In this document: in pieces, positions 12,389 to 27,513 of the stretch | Layout of the letters: each line of letters begins with the position of its first letter | Numbering within the stretch: position 1 is the first letter of the stretch | NCBI GenBank assembly: GCA_964016885.1 | Contig: OZ024757.1 | Span: 6,138,001-6,202,000, forward strand | Length of the DNA stretch: 64,000 nucleotides | Origin: Eledone cirrhosa | Taxonomy: Eukaryota | Direction: 5' to 3' | The notes under the pieces: generated by a model | Told to the model about the DNA's origin: nothing | Seen by the model: only the letters and a program-made list of their open reading frames with translations | Database searches by the model: none | Made by a program: the position numbers and the translations under genes

Positions 12389-15300
12389 ATTAAATTAAGA
12401 CTAGTTCTAAATAGAACTACTGTGACAATAATATCCACTTATGTACCCCAATCTGGTCTACCTGACGTTATAAAAGACAGGTTCTATGAGATGCTAATGC
12501 ACACTACCTCCCAAATAACAGACAGTGACTACATAATTATTGCTGGTGACCTAAATGGTCACGCTGGACAACATAGTGATGGCTATGATGGAATCCATGG
12601 AGGCTATGGGGTTGGAAATAGAAATGAAGAAGGCTTCAGAATCTTGGAATTTTGTGATGCTAATAACCTAACTATCTGTAACACAAACTTCAAAAAACGT
12701 GAAAACCACTTGATCACCTGTAGATCAGGGGAACACGCCAGCCAGATAGATTATATCCTTACTAGAAGACAAGACAGAGTGTCTGTAGTAAACACAAAAT
12801 CGCTCCCCCCGTGAAGAATTCACCTCCCAACATAGCCTTGTAGTTAGTGACCTCATAGTCAGGAATAGACGTACTCAACGACAGAGGAGGGCTACCTTGA
12901 GGAGAAAAATATGGAAGTTAAAGGACCCCACAGCCAGTGACAAATTTAAAAGCTTATTACTTGATGCCTTTGACAATAAGGAAGAGCAATTAGAGACGTG
13001 CGATATAGAGGAACAGTGGCAATCCTTGAAAGTGAACCTGCTGAAAGCAACGGATGAAATCTGTGGCTGGAGCAGAGTAACTTGGTGGTGGAACAGTAAG
13101 GTGGAAGAGACAATCAAGGCCAAAAAGCAGGCTTGGAAAGTATGGCAGGAGGGGGGAAGTAGAGAGCACTATAAAGTGGCCAGGAGAGAAGCTAGGAGAC
13201 AAGTGTACCTTGCAAAAAGGGTAGTAGAGGAAAGAAAATTCAAGCATGTTCTACAACACGAGGTGTTCAGGATTGCTAGACAATGTGTCAAGGAAAACCG
13301 TGATATTGTCGGGGAGAAGTGTGTCCGTAAAGATAACTGTGTACTTGCCCTCACTGATACTGATAAGAAGATAGCCTGGAAGTGTCACTACGAGAGACTA
13401 CTAAATGAGGAGAATAAATGGGGAAAAGATAGTCTGCCCCACATTGATCCAATAGAGGGACCAGCTGTGCAAGTTGAAGGTAGTATAGTAAGTAAGGCAA
13501 TCAAAGATATGAAGACAGGTAAGGCAGCTGGACCTTCAGAGATAGTTGCTGAGATGTTGAAGGCATCTGGAATGGTGGTACATACTATGGTCACCCGTAT
13601 ACTTAACCAAGTAATACAGAATGGGGTCATACCGAAAGTCTGGCGTAGCAGCATCATCATTAACTGCTACAAGGGTAAAGGGATGCTCTAGATAGGGGAA
13701 ACTATAGAGGCATTAAGTTAGTTAACCAGGTCATGAAGGTCACAGAAAGAGATATAGTGCAACTAATCAGAAAGCGAATTGATCTAGATGAAATGCAGTT
13801 CGGGTTTGTGTCAGGTAAAAGTACCACAGACGCTCTTTTCATTGTACGACAACTACAGGAGAAGTACCTAGCTAAAAGTAAGCCCCTATACTTAGCTTTT
13901 GTAGACCTGGAGAAAGCCTTTGACAGAGTCCCCCGCTCCATTATCTGGTGGACTCTTAGAAAACTAGGTGTAGATGAATGGCTTGTGAGAGCTATACAAG
14001 CCATGTATAAAGAAACAGTCAGCAAGGTTAGAATTAACAATGAATATTGTGAAGAATTTAGTGTAAAAGTTGGCGTTCATCAAGGCTGTCCTTAGCCCCC
14101 TCCTATTTATTATTGCCCTTCAGGCTGTACCAGAGGAGTTCAAGACTGGCTGCCCATGGGAACTCCTATATGCAGATGATCTAACGCTCATAGCTGAATC
14201 TATGGCTGAACTAGAGAAGAAATTCCAAACATGGAAGCATGGCCTAGAATCAAAAGGCCTTACATTTAACTTGTCTAAGACTAAAGTTCTAGTTTGTAGA
14301 AAGGAAAATAGGGCACCGGTCCCATCCGGGAAATGGCCATGCTCGGTGTGTAGGAAAGGAGTAGACAGAAATTAAATTTTATGTCCCAAATGCAAAGTAT
14401 AGGTACATAAAAGATGTAGTGGGATCACAGGTAAACTATCTAAGAACGTAGACTTTATATGTGGCTGATGCTCAGGTGCAATAAGCAGCAAGTGTCCACA
14501 GGATACTAGCCCCCTCTATTGCTCAGATGGTTCTATAGAAATAGTAGACACTTTCCGTTACCTGGGGGACGAAATCAGTAGTGGTGGAGAGTGTTCTGAA
14601 AGTACAGTAGCCAGAGTCAGAACGGGGTGGAAAGAGTTCAGAGAGCTTATACCACTGTTGGCCGCTAAAGGTTTCTCTCTAAAAATGAAAAGCAGGTTAT
14701 ATGATGCCTGTATAAGAACAGCAATGCTACATGGCAGTGAGACATGGACATTACGTGCAGAGGATATATGCAGACTGGAAAAGAACGAAGCATGCATGCT
14801 CCGTTGGATATGTAATAGTAATATACGTGAACGGCAAAGCATAAATGAACTAAGTGAGAAATTAGGAATAGGATGGATCAGATGCTGTTTACTCGAGAGA
14901 AGACTATGTTGGTATGGCCACGTGATGCACATGAACAAAAGTGCAGGGCGATCAAAATTGATGGTAGTTACGGAGTAGGTAGACCTAGAAAAACCTGGGA
15001 CGATCTGATAAATTCCGACCTTACACACTTGCACCTCTCTAAGACAATGTCACTGGACCGAGATCTTTGGCGCTACCCAGTAATACAGAAGACCTTCCTT
15101 GCCTATGTACAAAGGGAAACCTACAGTCAGTAGGCACCTCTTAACCAAATATACACCCCAATCCACTACCCCTACCCTATCCTCCCACTCCCCCCAACAC
15201 CACCCTCTCTCTATAAAGTTGCTACCACAACATCCAGTCCAAATAAATGAGATAATGAGATTGAGATCGTGTAGGTGTCATGAGAATAAAAAAAACACAC

Positions 15301-15522
15301 TGTCCACGCTGTAATGTGGCCGTGTAGGTAACACAGTAAAAACCTCCCAGTCCACACTGTAAACGTGGTTGGTGTTAGGAAGGGCATCCAGCCGTAGAAA
15401 ACCTGCCAGATAGTCCTATATGAGCGAGACATGGTCACCCGACCAACCTTGCCTCAAGTGAGACAACTCCCGTCTAACCCATGCTAGCGTGGATATTGGA
15501 CGTTAAACGAAGATGATGATGA
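12389..15522 (+). mobile_element. 5'-truncated RTE LINE (APE endonuclease + RT with PHD insert), frameshifted
   Basis: YVPQ, AGDLNGH, SQIDYIL (APE); KAAGPS, FVDLEKAFD, HQG, LLYADDL (RT); several frameshifts and stops; (GAT)n tail. Confidence 0.92.
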
Positions 15523-15526
15523 CTTC

Positions 15527-16502
15527 TCACCAATGACATCGCAATTCTCTGACACACTGTCTCTCAATCTCCTGTTTCTGGTCCTCACGTTGCAAAACAT
15601 GCTTGAATTTTCTATCCTCTGCTTCCTTCCTAGCTAAGTATACTTGTATATATATTGTCAGAACGGGATGGAAAAAGTTCAGAGACCTTATAACACTATT
15701 GGCTGCTAAAGGGTTCTCTCTAAAAATGAAAGGCAGGCTGTATGATGCCTGCATACGAACAGCAATGTTGCATGGCAGTGAGACCTAGGCATTGTGTGCA
15801 GAGGATATACGCAGACTGGAGAAGAACGAAGCTTGCATGCTCCGCTTGATGTGTAATAGTAATATACGTGAACGGCAAAGCATAAACGAACTAAGGGAGA
15901 AATTAGGAATAAGAGGGATCAGATGTTGTTTATTCGAGAGAAGACTACGTTGGTATGGTCACGTGATGCGCATGAAAGACGACAGCTGTATAAAAAAGTG
16001 CAGGGCGATAAAAATAGACGGTAGCCACGGAGTAGGCAGACTCAGAAAAACCTGGGACGACTTGATAAATTCCAACCTCACACACTTACACCTCTCCAAG
16101 ACAATGTCACTGGACCGAGATCTTTGGCGCTACACAGTAATACAGAAGACCCGCCTTGCCTAAGTACAAAGCGAAACCTACAGTCAGTAGGCACCTCTAA
16201 AACACACCCCGGCCCCACTACCCCTACCCCATCCACACCGCCCCTTTCAATGTAAAGTTATGTTGGTGCCACAACATCCAGGCCGAAACAAATGAGATTG
16301 TGTAGGTGTCATGACAAAAAAACACACAGTCCACACTGTAAACGTGGTCGGTGTTAGGAAGGGCATCCAGCAGTAGAAAACCCGCCAGACAGTCCTATGC
16401 GAGCAAGACAACCAATCTTGCCTCAAGTGGGAAAATTCACGTCCAAACCCATGCTAGCGTGAAAGATGGACGTTAAACGATGATGGTGATGATGATGATG
16501 AT
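15527..16502 (+). mobile_element. RTE LINE 3' fragment with short inverted upstream piece (15527-15650)
   Basis: RTGWKKFR...LRWYGHVMRM...(GAT)n on +; QVYLARKEAEDRKFKHVLQRE on - at 15527-15650. Confidence 0.8.
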
Positions 16503-16561
16503 ATATATAAATATATGTACAAATATATATATATATATTTACACATATATATATATACATA

Positions 16562-17040
16562 TACGAGCCACTTATGGTCCCTCGTGGACTCAAGTATAGA
16601 CTATTCCATTCAATGGAAAGCCCTCACTAAGTCCAAGCTATACGCAAGGGGAAATCCGACATGTGGCTTATGTATTGACGAACGAATAACTATTGTAAAG
16701 AGATTACGCAATAGTGATTGCCTAAACATGAGAAGTGAATTTTTCACACGTTGTCCACACGTCACCAAACATCTATTGCATAACTACAAGACTCCGGACT
16801 GATTCTTTGTAATTTTATTTTCAACCTAAAAACTTTTTGGACTTTCGCAGTTATCTCCCTTACACCTCCCGCACGCAGTCTAGTATTGCCTGTGTGAAGT
16901 TAGCGGGTTTCTGCGCATGCGCGTTCGTACGGTTGTCCTTCCTGTTCCTATAACCATGCCCATTCCGAGCTGAAAATATGCTAAGGTGAAACAATTGTTC
17001 TCGGTATGGTGAACTAGCTGTTATGTAACCACTACTACAA
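16562..17040 (+). mobile_element. Penelope-like element 3' fragment (end of GIY-YIG endonuclease plus 3' UTR)
   Basis: SHLWSL..IDYSIQWKAL...CGLCIDE..I...LNMRSEFFTRCPH-stop 16802 parallels WSVLK...CRLC..E..I...LNKRQELIISCNH of the 21041-22495 ORF; followed by a hammerhead-like motif. Confidence 0.8.
16960..17009 (+). ncRNA. Degenerate type I hammerhead ribozyme motif
   Basis: CCATTCCGAG-CTGAAAA-(weak stem II)-GAAAC-AATT-GT-T-CTCGGTATGG; stem I 9/10 bp, palindromic stem III, but core position 8 is A opposite C3. Confidence 0.55.
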
Positions 17041-17054
17041 ATACATATATATAT

Positions 17055-17905
17055 ATAAAATATTAAACAAATAATGAATAAACAATGAAAACAGTTCCTT
17101 ATATTAAACAAAAAAAGTTCATTATTTAACGATCGTTTCTAGGATATATATGTGTTAGAATTGGCATGCATATTCAACAGATCTATGTACAAAATTATAC
17201 AAAATTATACAAACTATCAAGATTAAATATACATACCAACACATATATACGCCGTCTTCAGAAATAATGAAATATATTTATTGATAATAACAACAATTCA
17301 AAATTTCAGGTCCGTTTGGGAACAAAATTGACCAATGAAAATACAAAAGGTTTAATGCAGTTCGGTGTGTGTATATACATGTAACTACCCTTACACATAT
17401 TTTACAAAAATGTATGCACAACTTGTATACGCATACGAAAAGGATGGATGCAAATACAAAATTTCAAGGTTAATGTCTCTGTAAGTTTATAATGCACAGA
17501 TAAGATGCGTATAGACACATAAATATGAAATAAGTATATATACATATTTTCATACTCACTCATATCCGTACAATCACACATACACACGCGTATATGCATA
17601 AACATACACATAAACTACGAACATACAAACACACACACACCCCCACTCACATATATATATGTGGATATAAAATCCTAAGCACATGGATATTAATTCACTC
17701 ACATAAACATTGGCACACACATTTAGATCAAGATACAGAAATTAGGTGGGAGGGGGGGAGAGGTCAGTATTCAACTGTTTGGGCAGACTGCTTAATATAG
17801 ATGTATCTATAAACTAAGAAAATAAAAAATAATAAATAATAAATAAACATTAAAAAGGAAAGAAAAGAAAAAGAAAAAGAAAAAAGAAAAAAGAAATATA
17901 TCAAG

Positions 17906-17970
<65 letters not shown>

Positions 17971-18135
17971 ATACACGTACATACACACATACATATACAC
18001 ATACACACATACAAACACATACATACATATACACACATCCACATTTAGAACATACATACACACACATATATAAACATATACATATACACACATACATACA
18101 TATACACACATACATATAAATACACATATATATAT

Positions 18136-18178
<43 letters not shown>

Positions 18179-18477
18179 CACTCATACATACACATATAAT
18201 CACACATACTATATAGACACACATATATATACACACATACACGCACATATACATACACTTACATACATATATACATACAGATATACACATACATACCTAT
18301 ATATACACACAAATACATACAGACATACATACATACATACAGACAAATACTTAGGCATCTATATATCGGTATATACATACAAACACCACTACACTCTCAC
18401 ACAACTCAGACATACAAAGAAAAAGGTATATACCTATACACATATACAAATAGAGATACATATATATATATATATAT

Positions 18478-18514
<37 letters not shown>

Positions 18515-18722
18515 CATACATATACACATATACACACATACACATACATACACATACATACATGTACACACACATAGATATATATACACATACACACATA
18601 CACACATACATATTTAGTCATACACACACATACACCTACACGAACATACACATACACATATATAAAGATATATATACACACACACACACACATACACACA
18701 CACACATATATATAAAAAATGA

Positions 18723-18775
<53 letters not shown>

Positions 18776-19358
18776 CATATACATACACATACACACATAC
18801 ATAGACATATATGTACATACATACACATACATAGATACATACACACACATACATACATATATATATACACACATAGACATATACTTACATACACACACAA
18901 CATACATACACACATATATACTCATACATAGAATTAGATATATAATCATACATACATACACACTTACATATACTCATATATACAAATACATACGCATCCA
19001 TATATGCGTATATACATAGAAACACCACTACACCCTCACCCAACTCAGACATACAAAGAAAAAGGCATATACATATACATATATACACGCATTAATAGAG
19101 ATATATATACACATATATATATATATATACACACATACACTTATATACATATACTCACACCCACATACAACCAAAAATACACATACAAACACCCATATAT
19201 ACATATATATACACATATATATACACACACATAAAAAACAGACATGCACATATATATTTTTTTTTACACACATATATACACATATATATACACATATACA
19301 CACCCTCACATATACACACATACACATAAGTTATATTATAATAATAAATAATATATAT
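17055..19358. repeat. Left arm of 2.3-kb inverted repeat (distal 3' region/pLTR of the Naiad-type element)
   Basis: Reverse complement of 22497-24816; by eye only about 2 substitutions plus microsatellite length changes (net 16 bp). Confidence 0.95.
17119..17270 (-). ncRNA. Type I hammerhead ribozyme with long stem II insert (sense to the Naiad ORF)
   Basis: TCATTATTT-CTGAAGA-stem II (TATATATGTGTT/AACACATATATA, long loop)-GAAAC-GATC-GT-T-AAATAATGA; perfect 9-bp stem I, palindromic stem III AACGATCGTT. Confidence 0.75.
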
Positions 19359-19365
19359 ATATAAC

Positions 19366-19420
<55 letters not shown>

Positions 19421-19677
19421 CGAATATAGACATATATACGCACATAGATACATATATATATATACATACACATACATATACACACACATATACACACTCA
19501 CATATACATGTGTGTGCACACACACATATATACACATACACACATATACACATAAACACATATATGTGTATACATGCGCACACACACATATATCCACATA
19601 GATACGAAGATAGACATATAAATAGAGAGACATACATATATATACACACACACACATATACATACATACATACACAC

Positions 19678-19724
<47 letters not shown>

Positions 19725-21040
19725 CACACACACACATACACATATATATACACACATGCATATATACACATATACACATACATACACACACATATATATA
19801 CACACACAATCTTACATTCTTATTTGCATGCGCATATATGTATTTTTATATTCAGATATAAATACCCAAACATATATACACCTACCTACATATATATTCA
19901 TACATACACGCCTACAAACACAGATGGTAATAGTATGGGGGAAAGGGGGGGGGGGGGGTTGGAGAAGGGGATTATAGTAAATATATGTTTCAAGAAACAT
20001 AGAATATTAACCGTATCAGGATCCAATGTATATTTTTTTACATAGTTTCAGTGTTAGGAAATACAATAAACAAGAAATAAGGCAAAATTTATGCATTTCA
20101 AAATAAATAAGTATACCATTAAATTATATGTTAACTAAACTAAAGATAGTTAACATATTGATTTCTAAGGTGTAAATTAGTTAGGTTTATAATATTTGAA
20201 GCAGAATTTTGAAGTTAAATAGTAGTAGAGTATTAATTATAGTATAACTAAATTAAAGTTAATAACGTTATGGTATCAATATTAGGAAATGAATTTAGTA
20301 ATAGGGAAAAAACAAATAAAGTATTACATCGGTAGTAGAATATAAATTATAGGTTAACTAAATTAAAAATTATATATTTATTTCTATAGTATATGTTAAT
20401 TAGGTATATAATAAATAAAACAGATATTGTATTTTATCAATAGCAGAATATAATTATATGCAAATAGAAATCAAAATTAATACATATACATATACATATA
20501 CATACACATATATATATATACATATATATATACATATATACACATATACACACACACACACACATACACATATACATATACATATTTTTTCAAAAATTGC
20601 AAAGAATATATTAACTAGGTATATATCCAAAACACATCCCATTCTATGATTACATGACATTCTGCAATTCGTCTGTATAAGGATACTAATTTTAAGCCAA
20701 TTAAATTAAATTTTTAGGTTGATTAAAATTAAAACCAAATTATAAATATATTTCTAAAATGTATATTAATTAGGTCTATAATACTAAAAATTAATTCTCT
20801 GTCATTGGATACACGATATTTTGTTATATTTTATCTGTAAAAGAATTATAATAAAAGGTTTAAATAAATTAAAATTAATCTATAAATTAAATTACTAAGT
20901 ATATATTAGTAATATTTAAAGGTTTTTCACAATTTATGATTACATAATATTTTATATTCTCATCTGTAATAGAATTTTAATTAAATTAAATTTATAGGTT
21001 AACTAACATTTAAATTAAATTAATTTCTAAAATAATGTTA

Positions 21041-22495
21041 TTAATTAGGTTTATAATATTTAAATGTTTTTTTTAGTTTATGATTACACGATATAATTAA
21101 TTCCTGTCGTTTATTTAATAGGATATCCTTAGATTTCATTATTTCAAATAGTTCTTGGGAACATAATCTACATTCATTTCTATTATTTTGATAAGGGGTG
21201 GCTCTTTTGAGCACACTCCAGGTCAAATCATATTCTATATTCTTATTTTTATAAATATTGATTTTTTCTGCTAGAGATGTTGTATTAGCCAGTGCGGCAT
21301 TTTTAAAACTATGCTTGTGGGTATTAAACCTTGTCTTAAAATTGTTAGAGGTAGCTCCTATATATGAGCAAATAGAATCTTTAGTTTTAACATTACATTT
21401 ATAGACTATGTTGTTAACAAGACAATTCCCTTTTAATGGGCAGTTTGCTTTGTTTCTACAGTTACAACCTTTCGTTAATTCTGTATTTGAGGAGATATTA
21501 TGGTTAATTTGATGTACTGGTGGTATACTTATGGTTTTCTTACATTTATATGCATTATAGGCACTTATATTTTGTTTTATGTTATTTGTTGTAGAATATG
21601 AGAATTTAACTGTAGACCTATTTAAGATTTGATGGTATTTGTGGTTTGGCGGGAAGTTTTTCTCTAGGATATAAAAAAATTTTTTAGCAATATTATCCTT
21701 AATTTGTAAATTAAATGGAGCATTATACCAAGTAACCCGTCTATTACGGTTTCTATGTTGTTTATTATTTTTATTATTTTTATAGGTTGTATCGTGATTT
21801 TTACTAGGAGGATTAATGTTAATGATCTCACCACAACCATTTTTAGTTATATTTGTAGATTTAGGTGTTTTATCCTTTTTATTAGGAGTTTTATTATTAA
21901 TATTTATTAGAGTTGTATGATGAGTAGTTTTTTGAGAGTTACTATACTTTATATTAGAAGATTTGGTATTTTGGGGTATAGTGTGGGTGGCATTTAGGTG
22001 TGTACTTTTCATTTGGTGTTTGTTGGTAATATTAGGTTGTATGCTTTCAGTATTTTTAGTAGAAGGTATATATTCTAATCTATTTTTGTGGCCACTTCTA
22101 TCTAGAGCTTCGTTATAGAAGGTCGCATTTTTATCAAATACATCTTGGTTAGAAGAAAGGTTAGAAATTCTAAGTGATATATTATATGCAAGGTTTTTAA
22201 GGATAGATTTAGGGTGATTAGATTGTGAGTGTATGTAATGTAAGTTTTGGTTTGGTTTATGGTAAGGTTGGTAGATACCCGTAGCTAAATCTAAAGTTAT
22301 ATCTAGGAAATTTACTACTTTACTTGTTTTTTCAAAAGTAATATTAAGATTATAATAGTCTTTAAGGAAAGTTCTAATATGTTTTTTGTTTTTTTCAATT
22401 TCTGAAAGGCTAAGGTTGTTAGAAAGAAGAAGACAGTCATCACGATATAAACCACCTTTGAGGTGGGGAAAGGAGGCATTTATGTTGAAAAGGAG
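21041..22495 (-). mobile_element. Penelope-like retroelement ORF (Naiad-type), 5'-truncated: RT C-terminal half, thumb, Cys-rich linker, GIY-YIG endonuclease
   Basis: 484 open codons (the frame extends 161 codons upstream of the tracked Met): GGLYRDD, VNFLDITLDL, YHKPN, YIHSQSNHP, RRVTWYNAPF, CNCRNKANCPLKGNC, IVY..YIG..R..H, CRLC..E, LNKRQE..CNH. Confidence 0.92.
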
Positions 22496-22496
22496 A

Positions 22497-23079
22497 ATAT
22501 ATATTATTTATTATTATAATATAACTTATGTGTATGTGTGTATATGTGAGGGTGTGTATATGTGTATATATATGTGTATATATGTGTGTAAAAAAAAATA
22601 TATATGTGCATGTCTGTTTTTTATGTGTGTGTATATATATGTGTATATATATGTATATATGGGTGTTTGTATGTGTATTTTTGGTTGTATGTGGGTGTGA
22701 GTATATGTATATAAGTGTATGTGTGTATATATATATATATATGTGTATATATATCTCTATTAATGCGTGTATATATGTATATGTATATGCCTTTTTCTTT
22801 GTATGTCTGAGTTGGGTGAGGGTGTAGTGGTGTTTCTATGTATATACGCATATATGGATGCGTATGTATTTGTATATATGAGTATATGTAAGTGTGTATG
22901 TATGTATGATTATATATCTAATTCTATGTATGAGTATATATGTGTGTATGTATGTTGTGTGTGTATGTAAGTATATGTCTATGTGTGTATATATATATGT
23001 ATGTATGTGTGTGTATGTATCTATGTATGTGTATGTATGTACATATATGTCTATGTATGTGTGTATGTGTATGTATATG

Positions 23080-23132
<53 letters not shown>

Positions 23133-23340
23133 TCATTTTTTATATATATGTGTGTGTGTGTATGTGTGTGTGTGTGTGTATATATATCTTTATATATGTG
23201 TATGTGTATGTTCGTGTAGGTGTATGTGTGTGTATGACTAAATATGTATGTGTGTATGTGTGTATGTGTATATATATCTATGTGTGTGTACATGTATGTA
23301 TGTGTATGTATGTGTATGTGTGTATATGTGTATATGTATG

Positions 23341-23377
<37 letters not shown>

Positions 23378-23676
23378 ATATATATATATATATATGTATC
23401 TCTATTTGTATATGTGTATAGGTATATACCTTTTTCTTTGTATGTCTGAGTTGTGTGAGAGTGTAGTGGTGTTTGTATGTATATACCGATATATAGATGC
23501 CTAAGTATTTGTCTGTATGTATGTATGTATGTCTGTATGTATTTGTGTGTATATATAGGTATGTATGTGTATATCTGTATGTATATATGTATGTAAGTGT
23601 ATGTATATGTGCGTGTATGTGTGTATATATATGTGTGTCTATATAGTATGTGTGATTATATGTGTATGTATGAGTG

Positions 23677-23723
<47 letters not shown>

Positions 23724-23902
23724 ATATATATATGTGTATATATATATGTGTATTTATATGTATGTGTGTATATGTATGTATGTGTGTATATGTATATGTT
23801 TATATATGTGTGTGTATGTATGTTCTAAGTGTGGATGTGTGTATATGTATGTATGTGTTTGTATGTGTGTATGTGTATATGTATGTGTGTATGTACGTGT
23901 AT

Positions 23903-23963
<61 letters not shown>

Positions 23964-24816
23964 CTTGATATATTTCTTTTTTCTTTTTTCTTTTTCTTTT
24001 TCTTTTCTTTCCTTTTTAATGTTTATTTATTATTTATTATTTTTTATTTTCTTAGTTTATAGATACATCTATATTAAGCAGTCTGCCCAAACAGTTGAAT
24101 ACTGACCTCTCCCCCCCTCCCACCTAATTTCTGTATCTTGATCTAAATGTGTGTGCCAATGTTTATGTGAGTGAATTAATATCCATGTGCTTAGGATTTT
24201 ATATCCACATATATATATGTGAGTGGGGGTGTGTGTGTGTGTTTGTATGTTCGTAGTTTATGTGTATGTTTATGCATATACGCGTGTGTATGTGTGATTG
24301 TACGGATATGAGTGAGTATGAAAATATGTATATATACTTATTTCATATTTATGTGTCTATACGCATCTTATCTGTGCATTATAAACTTACAGAGACATTA
24401 ACCTTGAAATTTTGTATTTGCATCCATCCTTTTCGTATGCGTATACAAGTTGTGCATATATTTTTGTAAAATATGTGTAAGGGTAGTTACATGTATATAC
24501 ACACACCGAACTGCATTAAACCTTTTGTATTTTCATTGGTCAATTTTGTTCCCAAACGGACCTGAAATTTTGAATTGTTGTTATTATCAATAAATATATT
24601 TCATTATTTCTGAAGACGGCGTATATATGTGTTGGTATGTATATTTAATCTTGATAGTTTGTATAATTTTGTATAATTTTGTACATAGATCTGTTGAATA
24701 TGCATGCCAATTCTAACACATATATATCCTAGAAACGATCGTTAAATAATGAACTTTTTTTGTTTAATATAAGGAACTGTTTTCATTGTTTATTCATTAT
24801 TTGTTTAATATTTTAT
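22497..24816. repeat. Right arm of 2.3-kb inverted repeat, fused to the 5' truncation point of the PLE ORF
   Basis: Mirror of 17055-19358; begins about 50 bp 5' of the YRDD codons. Confidence 0.95.
24601..24752 (+). ncRNA. Type I hammerhead ribozyme, inverted copy of 17119-17270
   Basis: Same motif read on +; predicted cleavage after GUU at 24743. Confidence 0.75.
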
Positions 24817-24973
24817 CTTGACTCTGTATACCGTTTATCTTTCACCGAAAGTGATTTTTCATTACATCTCTTCTTTCCATGATATCCGGAATACATTGAG
24901 TTCTTCATACGGATTGGACACTACCGTAAACTCTTGGTAGATTTATCTACATATATATATATATATATATATA

Positions 24974-25147
<174 letters not shown>

Positions 25148-25344
25148 TGTATTATATATATATATATATATGCATATATATATATCATATATATATATAT
25201 GCAAGTATTATATATATATATATATATGCATATATATATATCATATATATATATATGCAAGTATTATATATATATATATATGCATATATATATATCATAT
25301 ATATATATATGCAAGTATTATATATATATATATATATGCATATA

Positions 25345-25387
<43 letters not shown>

Positions 25388-25389
25388 CA

Positions 25390-25431
<42 letters not shown>

Positions 25432-25449
25432 TATATATATATATATATA

Positions 25450-25487
<38 letters not shown>

Positions 25488-25553
25488 TATATATATATAT
25501 ATATATATATATGCATATATATATATATATATGCATATATATATATATATATA

Positions 25554-25663
<110 letters not shown>

Positions 25664-25722
25664 TATATATATATATATATATATAGATAATACATGCATA
25701 TATATATATATATATATATATA

Positions 25723-25796
<74 letters not shown>

Positions 25797-25825
25797 TATA
25801 TATATATATATATATACATAATACA

Positions 25826-25876
<51 letters not shown>

Positions 25877-25891
25877 GCATATATATATATA

Positions 25892-25934
<43 letters not shown>

Positions 25935-25951
25935 GCATATATATATATATA

Positions 25952-25985
<34 letters not shown>

Positions 25986-26173
25986 TATATATATATATGC
26001 ATATATATATATATATATATGCATATATATATATATGCATATATATATATATATATATATATATGCATATATATATATATGCATATATATATATATATAT
26101 GTATATATATATGCATATATATATATATGCATATATATATATATATGTATATATATATGCATATATATATATA

Positions 26174-26220
<47 letters not shown>

Positions 26221-26305
26221 GCATATATATATATATGCATATATATATATATGCATATATATATATATGCATATATATATATATATGCATATATATATAT
26301 ATATA

Positions 26306-26365
<60 letters not shown>

Positions 26366-26375
26366 ATATAATATA

Positions 26376-26415
<40 letters not shown>

Positions 26416-26493
26416 TATATATTATATATATAATATATATATATATATTATATATATATATATAATATATATATATATATTATATATATATAT

Positions 26494-26525
<32 letters not shown>

Positions 26526-26570
26526 ATATATATAATATATATATATAATATATATATATATATAATATAT

Positions 26571-26620
<50 letters not shown>

Positions 26621-26637
26621 ATATATTTATATATATA

Positions 26638-26674
<37 letters not shown>

Positions 26675-26755
26675 TATATAGGAGAACATGATATGAAGGC
26701 TAAAAAACACTTGTGGATAGTGCAGTTTTAAATCAACACATTCTCCTGTTTTATA

Positions 26756-26811
<56 letters not shown>

Positions 26812-26909
26812 TATAGATATATATATATATATATATATGCATACATATATATATATATATATATATATGCATACATATATATATATATATGCATACATAT
26901 ATATATATG

Positions 26910-26940
<31 letters not shown>

Positions 26941-27006
26941 GCATACATATATATATATATATATTAATTCTGGCGATATTGCACAAATATGACCCTCCCC
27001 AAGTAT

Positions 27007-27050
<44 letters not shown>

Positions 27051-27148
27051 AATATATATATTATATATATATATATATGCATATATATATATTATATATA
27101 TATATATGAATATATATATATATTATATATATATATATATATGCATAC

Positions 27149-27193
<45 letters not shown>

Positions 27194-27513
27194 TTACGCT
27201 AACAGAATAACTATGAAGCTTGTTTCCTTCCTCCTAAGGTTAGCTCTACTCTTTGTTGTATCTTGTCTCACTCGCTTAACGCGTTTTAATTGTCCTAATA
27301 ACTTAATTTTGTTATTATTGCACCGACGTGAGGTATATGATTTTTAATGCAATGAAATATCTATGATCGTCGGCAAATCACTGATGAGGGACTTATTTTA
27401 TTACATGTTATCCATGTGCTACCAGCAGTATTTTTCTCCCCCATTTTATCATATATATATATAAGAGGCGTAAAATAAGAAAATTATAAAATTAACTTAC
27501 TTACTAAAATATC

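Noticed and set aside
21041-22495. Selenoprotein-type Naiad (UGA in place of Cys, SECIS), reported for some Naiads
   Set aside because: All Cys positions in the visible frame are normal codons, there is no in-frame TGA, and the ORF ends in TAA.
27381-27430. CTGATGAG hammerhead half-core
   Set aside because: No GAAA or closing stems downstream; at most a deleted remnant.
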